Part shown: positions 53,045 to 62,401 of the stretch, piece by piece | How positions within the stretch are numbered: position 1 is the stretch's first letter | Layout of the letters: every line of letters starts with the position of its first letter | Assembly: GCA_905373795.1 (NCBI GenBank) | Contig: CAJPUO010000002.1 | Coordinates: 92,882-156,881, forward strand | Reading direction: 5' to 3' | DNA: 64,000 nt | Source: Candidatus Saccharimonadota bacterium | GTDB taxonomy: Bacteria; Patescibacteriota; Saccharimonadia; Saccharimonadales; Saccharimonadaceae | Notes under the pieces: model-generated | Told to the model about the DNA's origin: nothing | The model's input: only the letters and a program-made list of their open reading frames with translations | Database searches by the model: none | Position numbers and translations under genes: made by a program

Positions 53045-53953
53045 ATGAAATCACAAGGTAATAATTATCAAAAGCTTTTCGTGCGAAGATCGCTAAGATA
53101 TTTACCGCACCATATCCTAACGTTAATTATTTACAAAAGTAAGTTGCTTCGTTTTGAAAAGGCTTTAGATACCATCGCTAAAAGGAAAATAATAAATGTA
53201 AATGATTTACTTTCATTTGATAGTTCTGAGATAAGAGAATATCAAGACCTAACGAAAGATACTCAACTTTGGCATGGCACTGGTCGTTGGCAGCATGGTA
53301 AGGACGGTATAGTTGACGTGATGAAAAGTTTTTGCGATATTGCTGGTCTCAAGCCATCCCGAGACGTGTATGCAGTTTTTGGCGGCAGTAATCGGCATAT
53401 CGTACACTCGGTTTCATTATGCCGGAGTCGAATGGTGGCGCGATCGTATGCTGACATGCATGGTCTTGGCTGGAAAGAGAAAAGTCGCTATGGCGACGCT
53501 CTGACTTGGACATCATATTACTACAGCCTGTTTTATGCGCGGTTATTTACGGTCAATGGGGTCAAAATGTTGCGCCGTTGGAAAACTTGGCGTACATTGT
53601 CGCATGATGAAAATGGCAATAATACTTGGGGAAAGAAAGTGAATAAGCAGGCACGCGATGTGTGGGATATATTCTGTCTGGGTAGCGATATTTCGGGTAA
53701 TTATCCAATTTTAATTGGCATTAAGAGTCTTGATTCGCAATTAAAATTAGAAAAACCGATGCGCTACTACGAAGTGCGCGCTGATAAACGGATAGATATT
53801 GCAAATATTTCACACATAGAAGTTTCTCGCGATAAGCAGGACGAAATGCGAGAATTATTGCTTTCATACGGTATCGACATACCAGTGACGAGCATTGAAT
53901 TAGGCGAATATGTCAGTACGCAGAAGCGTTTTACTGAATTGCTCGGCTGGTAG
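53045..53953 (+). CDS. Hypothetical protein, possible ADP-ribosyltransferase-like fold
   Basis: LWHGT...AGLKP...SVSL...YYEV. Confidence 0.6.
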   Translation: MKSQGNNYQKLFVRRSLRYLPHHILTLIIYKSKLLRFEKALDTIAKRKIINVNDLLSFDSSEIREYQDLTKDTQLWHGTGRWQHGKDGIVDVMKSFCDIAGLKPSRDVYAVFGGSNRHIVHSVSLCRSRMVARSYADMHGLGWKEKSRYGDALTWTSYYYSLFYARLFTVNGVKMLRRWKTWRTLSHDENGNNTWGKKVNKQARDVWDIFCLGSDISGNYPILIGIKSLDSQLKLEKPMRYYEVRADKRIDIANISHIEVSRDKQDEMRELLLSYGIDIPVTSIELGEYVSTQKRFTELLGW

Positions 53954-54013
53954 AGAAAAGAAATTAGACTAAAGCTGACGAAGTGGATATGATAAGATTG
54001 TTATTAATAATAT

Positions 54014-54601
54014 ATGAAGTCACATACTAAACCGCTTTTATATGATCAGATCGCAGCTGATCCAATGAATGCTAATTTTGCTAATAGAGGTTGGTCGCCT
54101 GTGTATTCTGCCTCAGTAAGTTCGCGAATTGTACTGGTCGGGCAGGCGCCAGGTCGAATTGCTCAGCAAACGTTAAAGCCGTGGAATGATGCTAGCGGTC
54201 GCTTACTTAGGCAATGGCTGAACGTAACGGATGAGCAGTTTTACAATCCCGATCTCTTTGCGTTGATGCCGATAGATTTTTATTATCCAGGTAGGGGAGT
54301 GCACGGTGATTTGCCGCCGCGCTTGGACTTTGCCAGGAAATGGCACCCGCGTTTGCTAGCGCAGATGTCGAATGTGCGATTGACAATTTTGGTTGGTTCG
54401 TATGCGCAGAAATATTATCTTGATCGCCGCGCCAAGCAGAATTTGACAGCAACTGTGGCGGACTTTAATATGTATTTACCAGATTATTTTCCATTGGTTC
54501 ATCCATCGCCGCTCAATATTGGCTGGCGCAAACGTAATCCCTGGTTTGAATCGGACGTTATTCCAGTTCTACAAACTATAGTTAAGGAGGTGTTGTCATG
54601 A
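54014..54601 (+). CDS. Uracil-DNA glycosylase-like family protein
   Basis: IVLVGQAPG, WNDASG, FYYPG, LVHPSPLN. Confidence 0.88.
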   Translation: MKSHTKPLLYDQIAADPMNANFANRGWSPVYSASVSSRIVLVGQAPGRIAQQTLKPWNDASGRLLRQWLNVTDEQFYNPDLFALMPIDFYYPGRGVHGDLPPRLDFARKWHPRLLAQMSNVRLTILVGSYAQKYYLDRRAKQNLTATVADFNMYLPDYFPLVHPSPLNIGWRKRNPWFESDVIPVLQTIVKEVLS

Positions 54602-54966
54602 CAGTTTATAAAATTAAACGAATTTACGAATCGCCAGAATCGGATGATGGCTACCGCGTGCTAGTTGACCGATTATGGCCGCGCGGTATAAGTAAAGAAC
54701 GAGCGGCGCTAGACGAGTGGGCTAAAGAAATTGCGCCAACCAATGAGCTGCGCCAATGGTTTAATCATGACCCAGAAAAATTTACAGAATTTTCAGAACG
54801 TTATACAAAAGAATTAGATGAAAATCCCGCCGCTATCAAGGCGAGAAATGACTGGCCCAATCATCCAATCGTTACGTTATTGTATAGCGCTAAGGATGCG
54901 GAGTTTAACCAGGCGGTAGTACTTAAGCAATGGTTGGAGAAGACAGATTCTAATAATGTAATCTGA
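54598..54966 (+). CDS. DUF488 (YeaO-like) protein
   Basis: KRIYE...DGYRVLVDRLWPRG. Confidence 0.9.
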   Translation: MTVYKIKRIYESPESDDGYRVLVDRLWPRGISKERAALDEWAKEIAPTNELRQWFNHDPEKFTEFSERYTKELDENPAAIKARNDWPNHPIVTLLYSAKDAEFNQAVVLKQWLEKTDSNNVI

Positions 54967-55054
54967 GACGATGATTATCAATACGTTTTTAGAAAAACAC
55001 GACTAGCTTGGTGATCGTTGACAAGAAAGTACGCGGTGAAATATCAAAACAAGA

Positions 55055-55084
55055 ACTAAACCGCCAGTGCATTGGCGGTTTAGT
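55055..55084. terminator. Hairpin between convergent genes, probable bidirectional terminator
   Basis: actaaaccgcca-gtgcat-tggcggtttagt. Confidence 0.7.
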
Positions 55085-55113
55085 ATATTAATATTAAATA
55101 TGAGTTTATAGTT

Positions 55114-55449
55114 TTATTTTTCTAACTTTTTCCTCTGCTTTGACTTTACAATTGGCAGGGCAACAGCGCAGCCAATCGCTCCAAGTATCGATACGACGGC
55201 GATTTGGCGCATAATATATTTACCCCTGCCGAACGGACCTTCTTCCCATGCCATATGAGCTTTCAAACTTTCTGAAGTTATCGGGCAATTTTTCTTAGTG
55301 TCTTTGAATCCGGAACTTGGCTGGCCGTTTTTGACGCAAACATATTCTGGTTCCGGTTCGGACGGCGGTATGCAGCTGACAGCAATTAATACTGCTGCAA
55401 TAACCGCAAGCGATCCAGCGATGATTAATAGTAATTTTGGCGTTTTCAT
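55114..55449 (-). CDS. Small two-TM protein with Cys-containing loop
   Basis: SD AAGGAGG; N- and C-terminal hydrophobic helices. Confidence 0.7.
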   Translation of the reverse strand: MKTPKLLLIIAGSLAVIAAVLIAVSCIPPSEPEPEYVCVKNGQPSSGFKDTKKNCPITSESLKAHMAWEEGPFGRGKYIMRQIAVVSILGAIGCAVALPIVKSKQRKKLEK

Positions 55450-55496
55450 AAAACCTCCTTAATTTAACAAAGCTTACAGATATTGTAGCATGAGGT

Positions 55497-55868
55497 TTAT
55501 CTGTTGATAATTTTAAGTTTACCGTATCGGGCGATTAATAGCCAAACAGTTGCTAAACCCGCTAGTATGCTGTCGCCGATTCCTGAGGGTACCATGAAAA
55601 TCATCAGGATAAGGGTAATTATACATATAATCATTGCTAGCCACCAACTCCACAATAAATTTCGCCACAAACCAATTGCTGCAGCTATTCTCAGCAATCC
55701 AAAAATTATGCCGATGATACCAATCATTATCAAATTATCTCGCAAAAATGGCATTGCGAAAATATAATCTTTGGTTTTGCTGACTGGCAAAAGCGCCATC
55801 AGCCCGCCAACAATTTCAAGAGAGCCGTGAATAGATAGTGTGATTGCTGCATATTTTAAGTGCTTCAT
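55497..55868 (-). CDS. Small four-TM membrane protein
   Basis: Hydrophobic helices; AAIGLW..LLWSW pattern. Confidence 0.7.
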   Translation of the reverse strand: MKHLKYAAITLSIHGSLEIVGGLMALLPVSKTKDYIFAMPFLRDNLIMIGIIGIIFGLLRIAAAIGLWRNLLWSWWLAMIICIITLILMIFMVPSGIGDSILAGLATVWLLIARYGKLKIINR

Positions 55869-55978
55869 ACGCTAACTAATTATAACATGCCGATGTATTG
55901 TGGAGAAATGTCTGCGGTAGTTTATTTATTAACTCAATCTAGTGGTGCAGACGGTAGTTGTAGGCTATAATAATTGTT

Positions 55979-56716
55979 ATGAATAATGGGCAAATTCCTG
56001 AAATTAATAAAGTTAAACTATTGGTCCGTGAGTTACTAGGCAGCGATACCTCAGGTCACGCCGATGATCATGTCGAGCGAGTGGCGCTGCTGGCAGAGCG
56101 TTTTGCTAGCGAATGCAGCGAGCCAGTGGATTTGCAAGAAGTGCTGTTGACGGCTTGGCTGCATGACGTTGATGATTACAAATTGGTCGGCAAGGCGCAG
56201 GCAGAGAAATTAACGAACGCAGTAAATATTATGGCGCAGGCAGGGGTGTCCAACGACTTAAGCCGGGCGGCGCTGGAAAATATTGCGGCGATTGGTTATA
56301 GCAAACGGCTAAACGGCAAGCAACCGCAGCGGCTGGCGGGTCAAATTGTATCTGACGCTGATATGTGCGATGCTATTGGCGCGGTCGGGATTGAGCGGGC
56401 GCTGGTCTATGCTTGCCATCACGGCGGGCGGATTTTTGATCCCAAAGTTTGGCCGAATGTTAATCTGGCGGCGCATGAATATAATGCTGACGGCAATACG
56501 CATGATACCGACGGCTTCATTAATCACTTCTTTGAAAAGCTGCTGAAACTGAAAGGCTTGATGCTGACGGAGCCGGGACGAATAGAAGCGGAAAGTCGCC
56601 AGCAAATTATGGTTGATTTCTTACGCCATTATTTCCGCGAGAAGAATGCGTTGGAGTGGAGCGAGTTTTTAGAAAAATATTTGTTAAAAATAGTTAATGT
56701 AAATGATTTACAATAG
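55979..56716 (+). CDS. HD-domain phosphohydrolase (YedJ-like)
   Basis: SGHADDHVERV, WLHDVDD, VSDADMCDAIGA, HFFEKLL. Confidence 0.9.
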   Translation: MNNGQIPEINKVKLLVRELLGSDTSGHADDHVERVALLAERFASECSEPVDLQEVLLTAWLHDVDDYKLVGKAQAEKLTNAVNIMAQAGVSNDLSRAALENIAAIGYSKRLNGKQPQRLAGQIVSDADMCDAIGAVGIERALVYACHHGGRIFDPKVWPNVNLAAHEYNADGNTHDTDGFINHFFEKLLKLKGLMLTEPGRIEAESRQQIMVDFLRHYFREKNALEWSEFLEKYLLKIVNVNDLQ

Positions 56717-56733
56717 GTAGAAAGGATTTTATT

Positions 56734-57537
56734 GTGGATAAAACTTCAGAAAATGTCTACTCACTACTTCCGGAACGCAACTTTCATGGTAGAATGGAAG
56801 ATCTCAAAGTTCCGTATATCGTTGTTGGTGGTATCGGATCGCAGGCGCTTATCAATGCTGATGAAGTTGATTGGGATAATCGTATCGTCTATCTGTCTAG
56901 CGACGCATATATGTCATGTCGGCGCGATAATGGTACAGTGCGAGATCTTGACGCCTTGGTAAAAAGTACCAGTAAGGCTACTGCTAAAGCATATCAACAG
57001 AAAATCTCTGGTATCGTTGGCGATAAACTAGTAATTTCAACCTTTAAGCTTAGTCCATACGAGGAAAATGTTCACGGTAGGTTTGACTTTTCTGGTGACC
57101 GCTATGTTGATAGTGAAGGCCATCTATACTGGCGTCTGGGTGGTATCGAGACGGAAATTCCTGTAGAGAGTCTTGAGCAGTGGCTTGTCAAGAGAGGTGA
57201 CGAGACGATATGTGCTGTACCTAATCCAGTTGCTCAACTAGGAGCGTACGGGTGTCGTTCAATCACCGGCTGGCGTCCGAAAGATAGAGAAAAGGTCGGT
57301 AAATTAGTAAAAATTATTACGCCAAACCGCAAAATTTCAGATATTCCGGCAGAATATCGCGGTCAATATCGTGCATTTAGGGAACAATATAAAAAAGTTG
57401 CTGCAGCTAGAAAAAAACTGGGCTTCTTTGGAGTAAGGGCTGACTTTTTGTCGCTTGTTGAAAATCAACCACAGTTTGTAGAATTTGCTCAAGGTCCACT
57501 AGAAGGTGTATTAAGTCGTGCTGTTCGTAGGGTTTGA
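56734..57537 (+). CDS. Hypothetical protein with nucleotidyltransferase-like motif
   Basis: YIVVGGIG...TVRDLDALV; start uncertain. Confidence 0.6.
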   Translation: MDKTSENVYSLLPERNFHGRMEDLKVPYIVVGGIGSQALINADEVDWDNRIVYLSSDAYMSCRRDNGTVRDLDALVKSTSKATAKAYQQKISGIVGDKLVISTFKLSPYEENVHGRFDFSGDRYVDSEGHLYWRLGGIETEIPVESLEQWLVKRGDETICAVPNPVAQLGAYGCRSITGWRPKDREKVGKLVKIITPNRKISDIPAEYRGQYRAFREQYKKVAAARKKLGFFGVRADFLSLVENQPQFVEFAQGPLEGVLSRAVRRV

Positions 57538-57564
57538 TTGTCTGGATAAGCTATAATAGTATCC

Positions 57565-59160
57565 GTGAATACGCACTTGCAACAAAAACTCAAAACCCTA
57601 CCGCGCACTCCCGGTGTCTATTTTCATAAGTCGGCCAGCGGCGAGATTATTTATGTGGGCAAGGCGGCGGCGCTGAAAAACCGCGTGCGCCAGTATTTTC
57701 AGGATTCGCGCGGGCGGGACAATAAAACCATGGCGTTGGTGGCGGAAATTGCTGATACCGATTGGATTGAGACCGAGAGCGAAGTTGATGCGTTGTTTTT
57801 GGAGAGCGAGATGGTCAAGCGCTACATGCCGCGCTACAACGTGCTGCTGCGCGATGATAAGTCGCAGATGTATGTGCGAATCGACATGAAAAGCGAGTGG
57901 CCAACCGTCAGTTTTACGCGTAATCCAGCCGATGACGGCGCGGAATATATTGGCCCGTTTTATAATGGCTTTGCTCTGAAAAAAGCTTTACGCTATTTGC
58001 GGCGGATATTTCCCTATTTGACCAGGCAGCGGCGACCAGGGCAGTCGAAATTAGATGAAGATTTGGGCTTGAGCCCGCGGCTGAGTGATGGGCCAGCCGC
58101 CTACAAAGCCACTTTGCGCAAGCTCATTAGCTACATCAAGGGTAACCGTAAAGCTATCGCCGCCGAGCTGGAGTGCGACATGAAAACGGCGGCTGGGCTG
58201 CATGATTTTGAGCGGGCGGCTGATCTTCGCAATAAGCTGCGCGCCATGCAGGAGTTGCAGCGGCGGGTTTGTTTTGGCGACAAAGAGTTTTTGGATATTT
58301 CTAAGGACAAGGCGCTGGCTGAATTGGCAAAATTATTGGGTCTAAAAGATATCCCAGCGCGCATTGAGGGCTATGACATTTCGCATATGAGCGGGCGGCA
58401 CGTTGTCGCCAGTATGGTGGTATTTACCAATGGCGCGAGCGACCGGGCAGAGTACCGCAAATTCAAAGTTAGTGAGAAAAATGATGACACGGGTAATATC
58501 CATCAGACGATTTTTCGCCGGCTGAGTGAGCGTAATCTGAAAAGTTGGGGTCGTCCTGATCTGCTACTGATTGACGGCGGTAAAGGCCAGCTAGCGGCGG
58601 CCATCAAAGCGCGCGATGAGCGTGGTGTCGCCGTGCCGATTATCAGCATCGCCAAGCGCGAGGAAGAGTTGCTGATACATAAAATTGGTTCGCAGATTGA
58701 TACGGCGTTCATTGAGTATATTCAGTCGCAGCCACGGGCAGATATCGCTATCCACGAAGACGGTGATATCTATGTAGTGAACTTACACCCAAGTCAGCGT
58801 AACGCCGGTTCTCACTCAAAAAACTTGCGAGCTAGCACTGAGCAGAATCATAAAGAACACCCCGAGGCAGAAGACAATGCTCTCGCGACAACCGACATCG
58901 TCAAATTGTTCCAGCGCATCCGCGACGAGTCGCACCGCTTTGCAGTGAGCTACCACACGGTGCTGAAGCGTCAGCAGCAAACGAAAAATCAGTTGGAGGA
59001 AATTCCTGGTGTGGGGCCAAAAACACGGCGAAAATTGATAAGAAAATTTGGTAGCGTAACAGGCGTGTCCAGAGCTAGCATCCAAGAATTATCTATGGCT
59101 ATCGGCGAACAAAAAGCCAAAACAGTTGCCGCTTTTTTGAGGGATGTTCTTAAAACATAA
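57565..59160 (+). CDS. uvrC: Excinuclease ABC subunit C
   Basis: GIY-YIG PGVY...IIYVGKA, UVR, IEGYDISH, DLLLIDGGKGQL, RDESHRFA, HhH. Confidence 0.95.
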   Translation: MNTHLQQKLKTLPRTPGVYFHKSASGEIIYVGKAAALKNRVRQYFQDSRGRDNKTMALVAEIADTDWIETESEVDALFLESEMVKRYMPRYNVLLRDDKSQMYVRIDMKSEWPTVSFTRNPADDGAEYIGPFYNGFALKKALRYLRRIFPYLTRQRRPGQSKLDEDLGLSPRLSDGPAAYKATLRKLISYIKGNRKAIAAELECDMKTAAGLHDFERAADLRNKLRAMQELQRRVCFGDKEFLDISKDKALAELAKLLGLKDIPARIEGYDISHMSGRHVVASMVVFTNGASDRAEYRKFKVSEKNDDTGNIHQTIFRRLSERNLKSWGRPDLLLIDGGKGQLAAAIKARDERGVAVPIISIAKREEELLIHKIGSQIDTAFIEYIQSQPRADIAIHEDGDIYVVNLHPSQRNAGSHSKNLRASTEQNHKEHPEAEDNALATTDIVKLFQRIRDESHRFAVSYHTVLKRQQQTKNQLEEIPGVGPKTRRKLIRKFGSVTGVSRASIQELSMAIGEQKAKTVAAFLRDVLKT

Positions 59161-59181
59161 GCGATGTGATATAGTGAAGAC

Positions 59182-59529
59182 ATGAAAAAGAATGGATTTA
59201 CCATTGTTGAGTTAATGATAGTCATTGTAGTGATTGCTATTTTGGCGGGTATTGCTATATTTGGCTATGCATCTTGGCGGTCAAGTACTATTGAAACGGC
59301 GCTATCATCAGATTTAAGTTCAGCGGCCAGCGCCATGAAACAGGAATTAAATTTCAATAATACCTATCCAACAACTATACCAAAATCTTATAGGGGTAGT
59401 ACTGGTATATCTGTGAAATGGGCAAGTTCTTCGAAGTTCTGCATAGAAGCCGAGAAGAGTAATATTAAAATGCGCTGGCTCAGTACAGAAGGCAAGGCCG
59501 AAAGAGCCTCTTGTCCAACAACTCCATAG
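59182..59529 (+). CDS. Type IV pilin-like protein
   Basis: Prepilin cleavage site KKNG|FTIVELMIVIVVIAILAG; C-terminal Cys pair. Confidence 0.88.
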   Translation: MKKNGFTIVELMIVIVVIAILAGIAIFGYASWRSSTIETALSSDLSSAASAMKQELNFNNTYPTTIPKSYRGSTGISVKWASSSKFCIEAEKSNIKMRWLSTEGKAERASCPTTP

Positions 59530-59570
59530 AGTAGTGGAAGTTTTCATTTTGTAGTATAATAGACGGTGAT

Positions 59571-59942
59571 ATGAAGAGGCAATCAGCAACTTTTTTACTG
59601 CGTTGGATCTTAAATTCAGTGGGTATTTGGGTGGCAATTCGACTGTTCGGTAGTGAGATCTCGGGATTGACATCAGTCTGGACTTTTGTGCTGGCAGGGT
59701 TGATTTTTTCGTTGGTAAATACTGTTTTAAAACCAGTTATTACTATTCTTGCCTTGCCAGCGATTTTGTTAACGCTAGGCTTATTTACTTTGGTTGTTAA
59801 CGGTCTGATGGTCTATATTTCGTTAGCGATTGCGCCGGGGCTTTCCATGACGTTTGCTAACTCAATTCTTGCTGGAATTATACTTAGTCTGGTAAACTAT
59901 ATAATAAGTAGCGCGCTGGTTTTACAGCGGGAAGAGGAGTAA
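59571..59942 (+). CDS. Phage holin family 4 / YvlD-like membrane protein
   Basis: LVNTVLKPVITILALPAILLTLGLFTLVVNG. Confidence 0.85.
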   Translation: MKRQSATFLLRWILNSVGIWVAIRLFGSEISGLTSVWTFVLAGLIFSLVNTVLKPVITILALPAILLTLGLFTLVVNGLMVYISLAIAPGLSMTFANSILAGIILSLVNYIISSALVLQREEE

Positions 59943-59952
59943 TTATATTATT

Positions 59953-60189
59953 ATGGCAATAGATACAATTTTACCTTATATTACGCTGGGTTCGGCGGCT
60001 TTGATGATCGCATCAATTTTATTGCAGCAGCGCGGGGCTAGTTTGGGCGCTGGTTTCGGCGCATCTGGAGAATTATTTACAACGCGGCGCGGTTTTGATA
60101 AGAACTTATTTGATGTAACGATTATCTTTGCAGTTATTTTTGTGTTGTCTATTCTAGCAAGTATGATTTTGCCGGGACTACAAAAATAG
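59953..60189 (+). CDS. secG: Preprotein translocase subunit SecG
   Basis: ILLQQRGASLGAGFG...TRRG.DK.L between two TMs. Confidence 0.88.
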   Translation: MAIDTILPYITLGSAALMIASILLQQRGASLGAGFGASGELFTTRRGFDKNLFDVTIIFAVIFVLSILASMILPGLQK

Positions 60190-60199
60190 GAGAATAGTT

Positions 60200-61990
60200 T
60201 TGAGTTCGGGGGGGTCTTCTTGGAATCGGTTTACTCGGCTGAAGTTTTCCAGCAAAGTTGTTAATAAACGCTTACAAAAATTAGAGCGGGGCAGTTTGCG
60301 GCATGCTCGTAAGTTTGTGACTTCGCGGTTAGATAGGCTATCTAGCGTGCGGCGCAACGTGTCTGGTTGGATTATCTTAGTAATGTTGATGATTGGCGTC
60401 AGTGCAGCGCAATGGGCTGCGTCCAAAGATGCTTACATGATCACGACGTATACTTCCGGCGGCTCGTATTCTGATGGAGTTCTCGGACCGTTAGAGACCT
60501 TAAATCCGATATTTGCCAAGACTAGCGCTGAGCGCTCTGCTGCGAAGCTTCTGTTTGCTGGTTTGTATAAATACGACACGACTGGAAATATAAAAAGCGA
60601 CTTAGCCGAAAGTATGACAGTCAATCAGAAGGAGACCGAATATATAGTTAAGTTAAGAAAAGATTTGAGATGGTCTGACGGTAAAAATATAACAGCTGCG
60701 GATGTAGTATTTACTTTGAAGTTGTTGGCGAGCTCAGAGACCAGAGCGGAAATTTCTGGTTGGCAGTCAATAAAGTTTGAGAAGATTGACGAACTTACTG
60801 TTAAATTTATTTTGCCTTCATCGTATGCTCCATTTGCGCACGCCTTAACTTTTCCAGTATTGCCTGAGCATGTTCTGAGAGGTGTAAGACCTTCGGAGTT
60901 ACGCGAACATCCGTTTGGCAAATCGCCAGTGACGAGCGGACCATTTGCTTTTAGGATGCTACAGAACGTTACATCGGATGGCAGTAAGAAAATTTTATAT
61001 ACTGTTGCGAACGATAATTATTATGGCGGTACACCAAAATTAGAAAGATTCCAGCTGTATGTTTATCCATCACAAAACGACATTGTAAAAAGTTTGCGAA
61101 CGCGCGAAATAACTGGAACGCCGGAGCTTGTGTATAATAATCAATCGGATGAGATAAAAAATACATACTCTTCAGAGCCGCATACTATAAATAATGGCGT
61201 GTACGCGCTGTTTAATTCGACGAGCCAGTACTTGCAGTCAAAACCAGTACGTCAGGCGCTAGCTTTGAGTGTTAATGTGTCAGAACTACGAAAGCTGTTG
61301 TCGTCTGAAACTGAAGAGATGAACGGTCCAGTGCTCAATAATTTTCTGGATGAAAAGGTAAAACCTAAAGGCTATAGCGTTAAAAAAGCCAAGGGGATAT
61401 TGGACGCTGTGGGATGGAAGGTCGTAGGTGGTGTTAGACAAAAAGATAATCAGAAATTAACGTTGAATATTGTTGCGCCAAAAAATGAAAATTATGAAAA
61501 ACTTGCGAAAAAGTTGGCGGAGATATGGCAGAAGGAGTTAAATATCGCTACAGATATAAAAATTGTTGACGTTAATGATGTCTCGCAAAGTATTCTTCAG
61601 AATGTGCTGCTGCCCCGTAATTTTGATGTGCTAATTTATGAGTTAGCTATGGGGGGCGATCCGGACGTGTATGCTTATTGGCACTCGTCTCAGGCTACTA
61701 GCGGCGGACTGAATTTCTCAAACTATAATAATGCAGTAGCAGACGATGCTCTGGCAAGCGGGCGCTCAAAGCTATCCAAGAGACAGCGCATGGATAGGTA
61801 TGGTAAATTTACTTCAATTTGGCAACAAGACATCCCGGCGATTGCGTTATATCAGACGAAAATTAATTATATTCATTTGAATTCGGTTAAGGCTTTGGCG
61901 GAGGATGCCAGTTTGGTTAGCGCGGTAGATAGATATACGGATGTCACATATTGGTCGGTAAATAAAACTCAGGTTTACAAAACGCCGTAA
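60200..61990 (+). CDS. Peptide/nickel ABC transporter substrate-binding protein (family 5), TM-anchored
   Basis: LNPIFA, LFAGL, DLAES, WSDG..ITAADVVFT, GPF, VRQAL. Confidence 0.85.
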   Translation: MSSGGSSWNRFTRLKFSSKVVNKRLQKLERGSLRHARKFVTSRLDRLSSVRRNVSGWIILVMLMIGVSAAQWAASKDAYMITTYTSGGSYSDGVLGPLETLNPIFAKTSAERSAAKLLFAGLYKYDTTGNIKSDLAESMTVNQKETEYIVKLRKDLRWSDGKNITAADVVFTLKLLASSETRAEISGWQSIKFEKIDELTVKFILPSSYAPFAHALTFPVLPEHVLRGVRPSELREHPFGKSPVTSGPFAFRMLQNVTSDGSKKILYTVANDNYYGGTPKLERFQLYVYPSQNDIVKSLRTREITGTPELVYNNQSDEIKNTYSSEPHTINNGVYALFNSTSQYLQSKPVRQALALSVNVSELRKLLSSETEEMNGPVLNNFLDEKVKPKGYSVKKAKGILDAVGWKVVGGVRQKDNQKLTLNIVAPKNENYEKLAKKLAEIWQKELNIATDIKIVDVNDVSQSILQNVLLPRNFDVLIYELAMGGDPDVYAYWHSSQATSGGLNFSNYNNAVADDALASGRSKLSKRQRMDRYGKFTSIWQQDIPAIALYQTKINYIHLNSVKALAEDASLVSAVDRYTDVTYWSVNKTQVYKTP

Positions 61991-62073
61991 ATTAAAGTAT
62001 AATGACTAGCAAGCACAGACGTATCGTTTTCTGAGATCAAAAAACAGTACTTTGTAAGTTTTGTGCTTATCGT

Positions 62074-62160
62074 GCGGGCGTGGCGGAATTGGTAGACGCG
62101 CTAGCTTGAGGGGCTAGTGAACGCAAGTTCGTGGAAGTTCAAGTCTTCTCGCTCGCACCA
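62074..62160 (+). tRNA. tRNA-Leu (GAG)
   Basis: Acceptor GCGGGCG/CGCTCGC; anticodon arm ctagc-tt-GAG-gg-gctag; long variable arm; encoded CCA. Confidence 0.95.
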
Positions 62161-62294
62161 ACGAAATTATTGTGATTTTTACTATGCTGGATTTGCTAGA
62201 AATTGATAAACGTCAACTTAGCCAGATTTCTGGAACGCGGCGAGTGTTATGAGATGTTCAAAGAACAACTATAGTTTGGTATAATGAATGAAGT

Positions 62295-62368
62295 GGCGCG
62301 TTGGCGGAGCGGTTACGCAGAGGTCTGCAAAACCTTTTAGACGAGTTCGACTCTCGTACGTGCCTCCA
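62295..62368 (+). tRNA. tRNA-Cys (GCA)
   Basis: GGCGCGT/ACGTGCC acceptor; ct-GCA-aa loop; GTTCGA T-loop; discriminator T + CCA. Confidence 0.93.
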
Positions 62369-62401
62369 AGTGATATGATAACGTCTGGACGTCGGGCGTT
62401 T

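Noticed and set aside
55114..55449. Lipoprotein call from IAVSC
   Set aside because: Poor lipobox match, and a second TM suggests an ordinary membrane protein
59571..59942. Holin-like gene plus baseplate-J-like gene as evidence of a prophage
   Set aside because: No integrase, terminase, capsid or tail genes; both sit within housekeeping operons, ~22 kb apart
62011..62068. Long imperfect hairpin in the tRNA-Leu leader
   Set aside because: AT-rich and mismatched; adequately explained as a precursor leader
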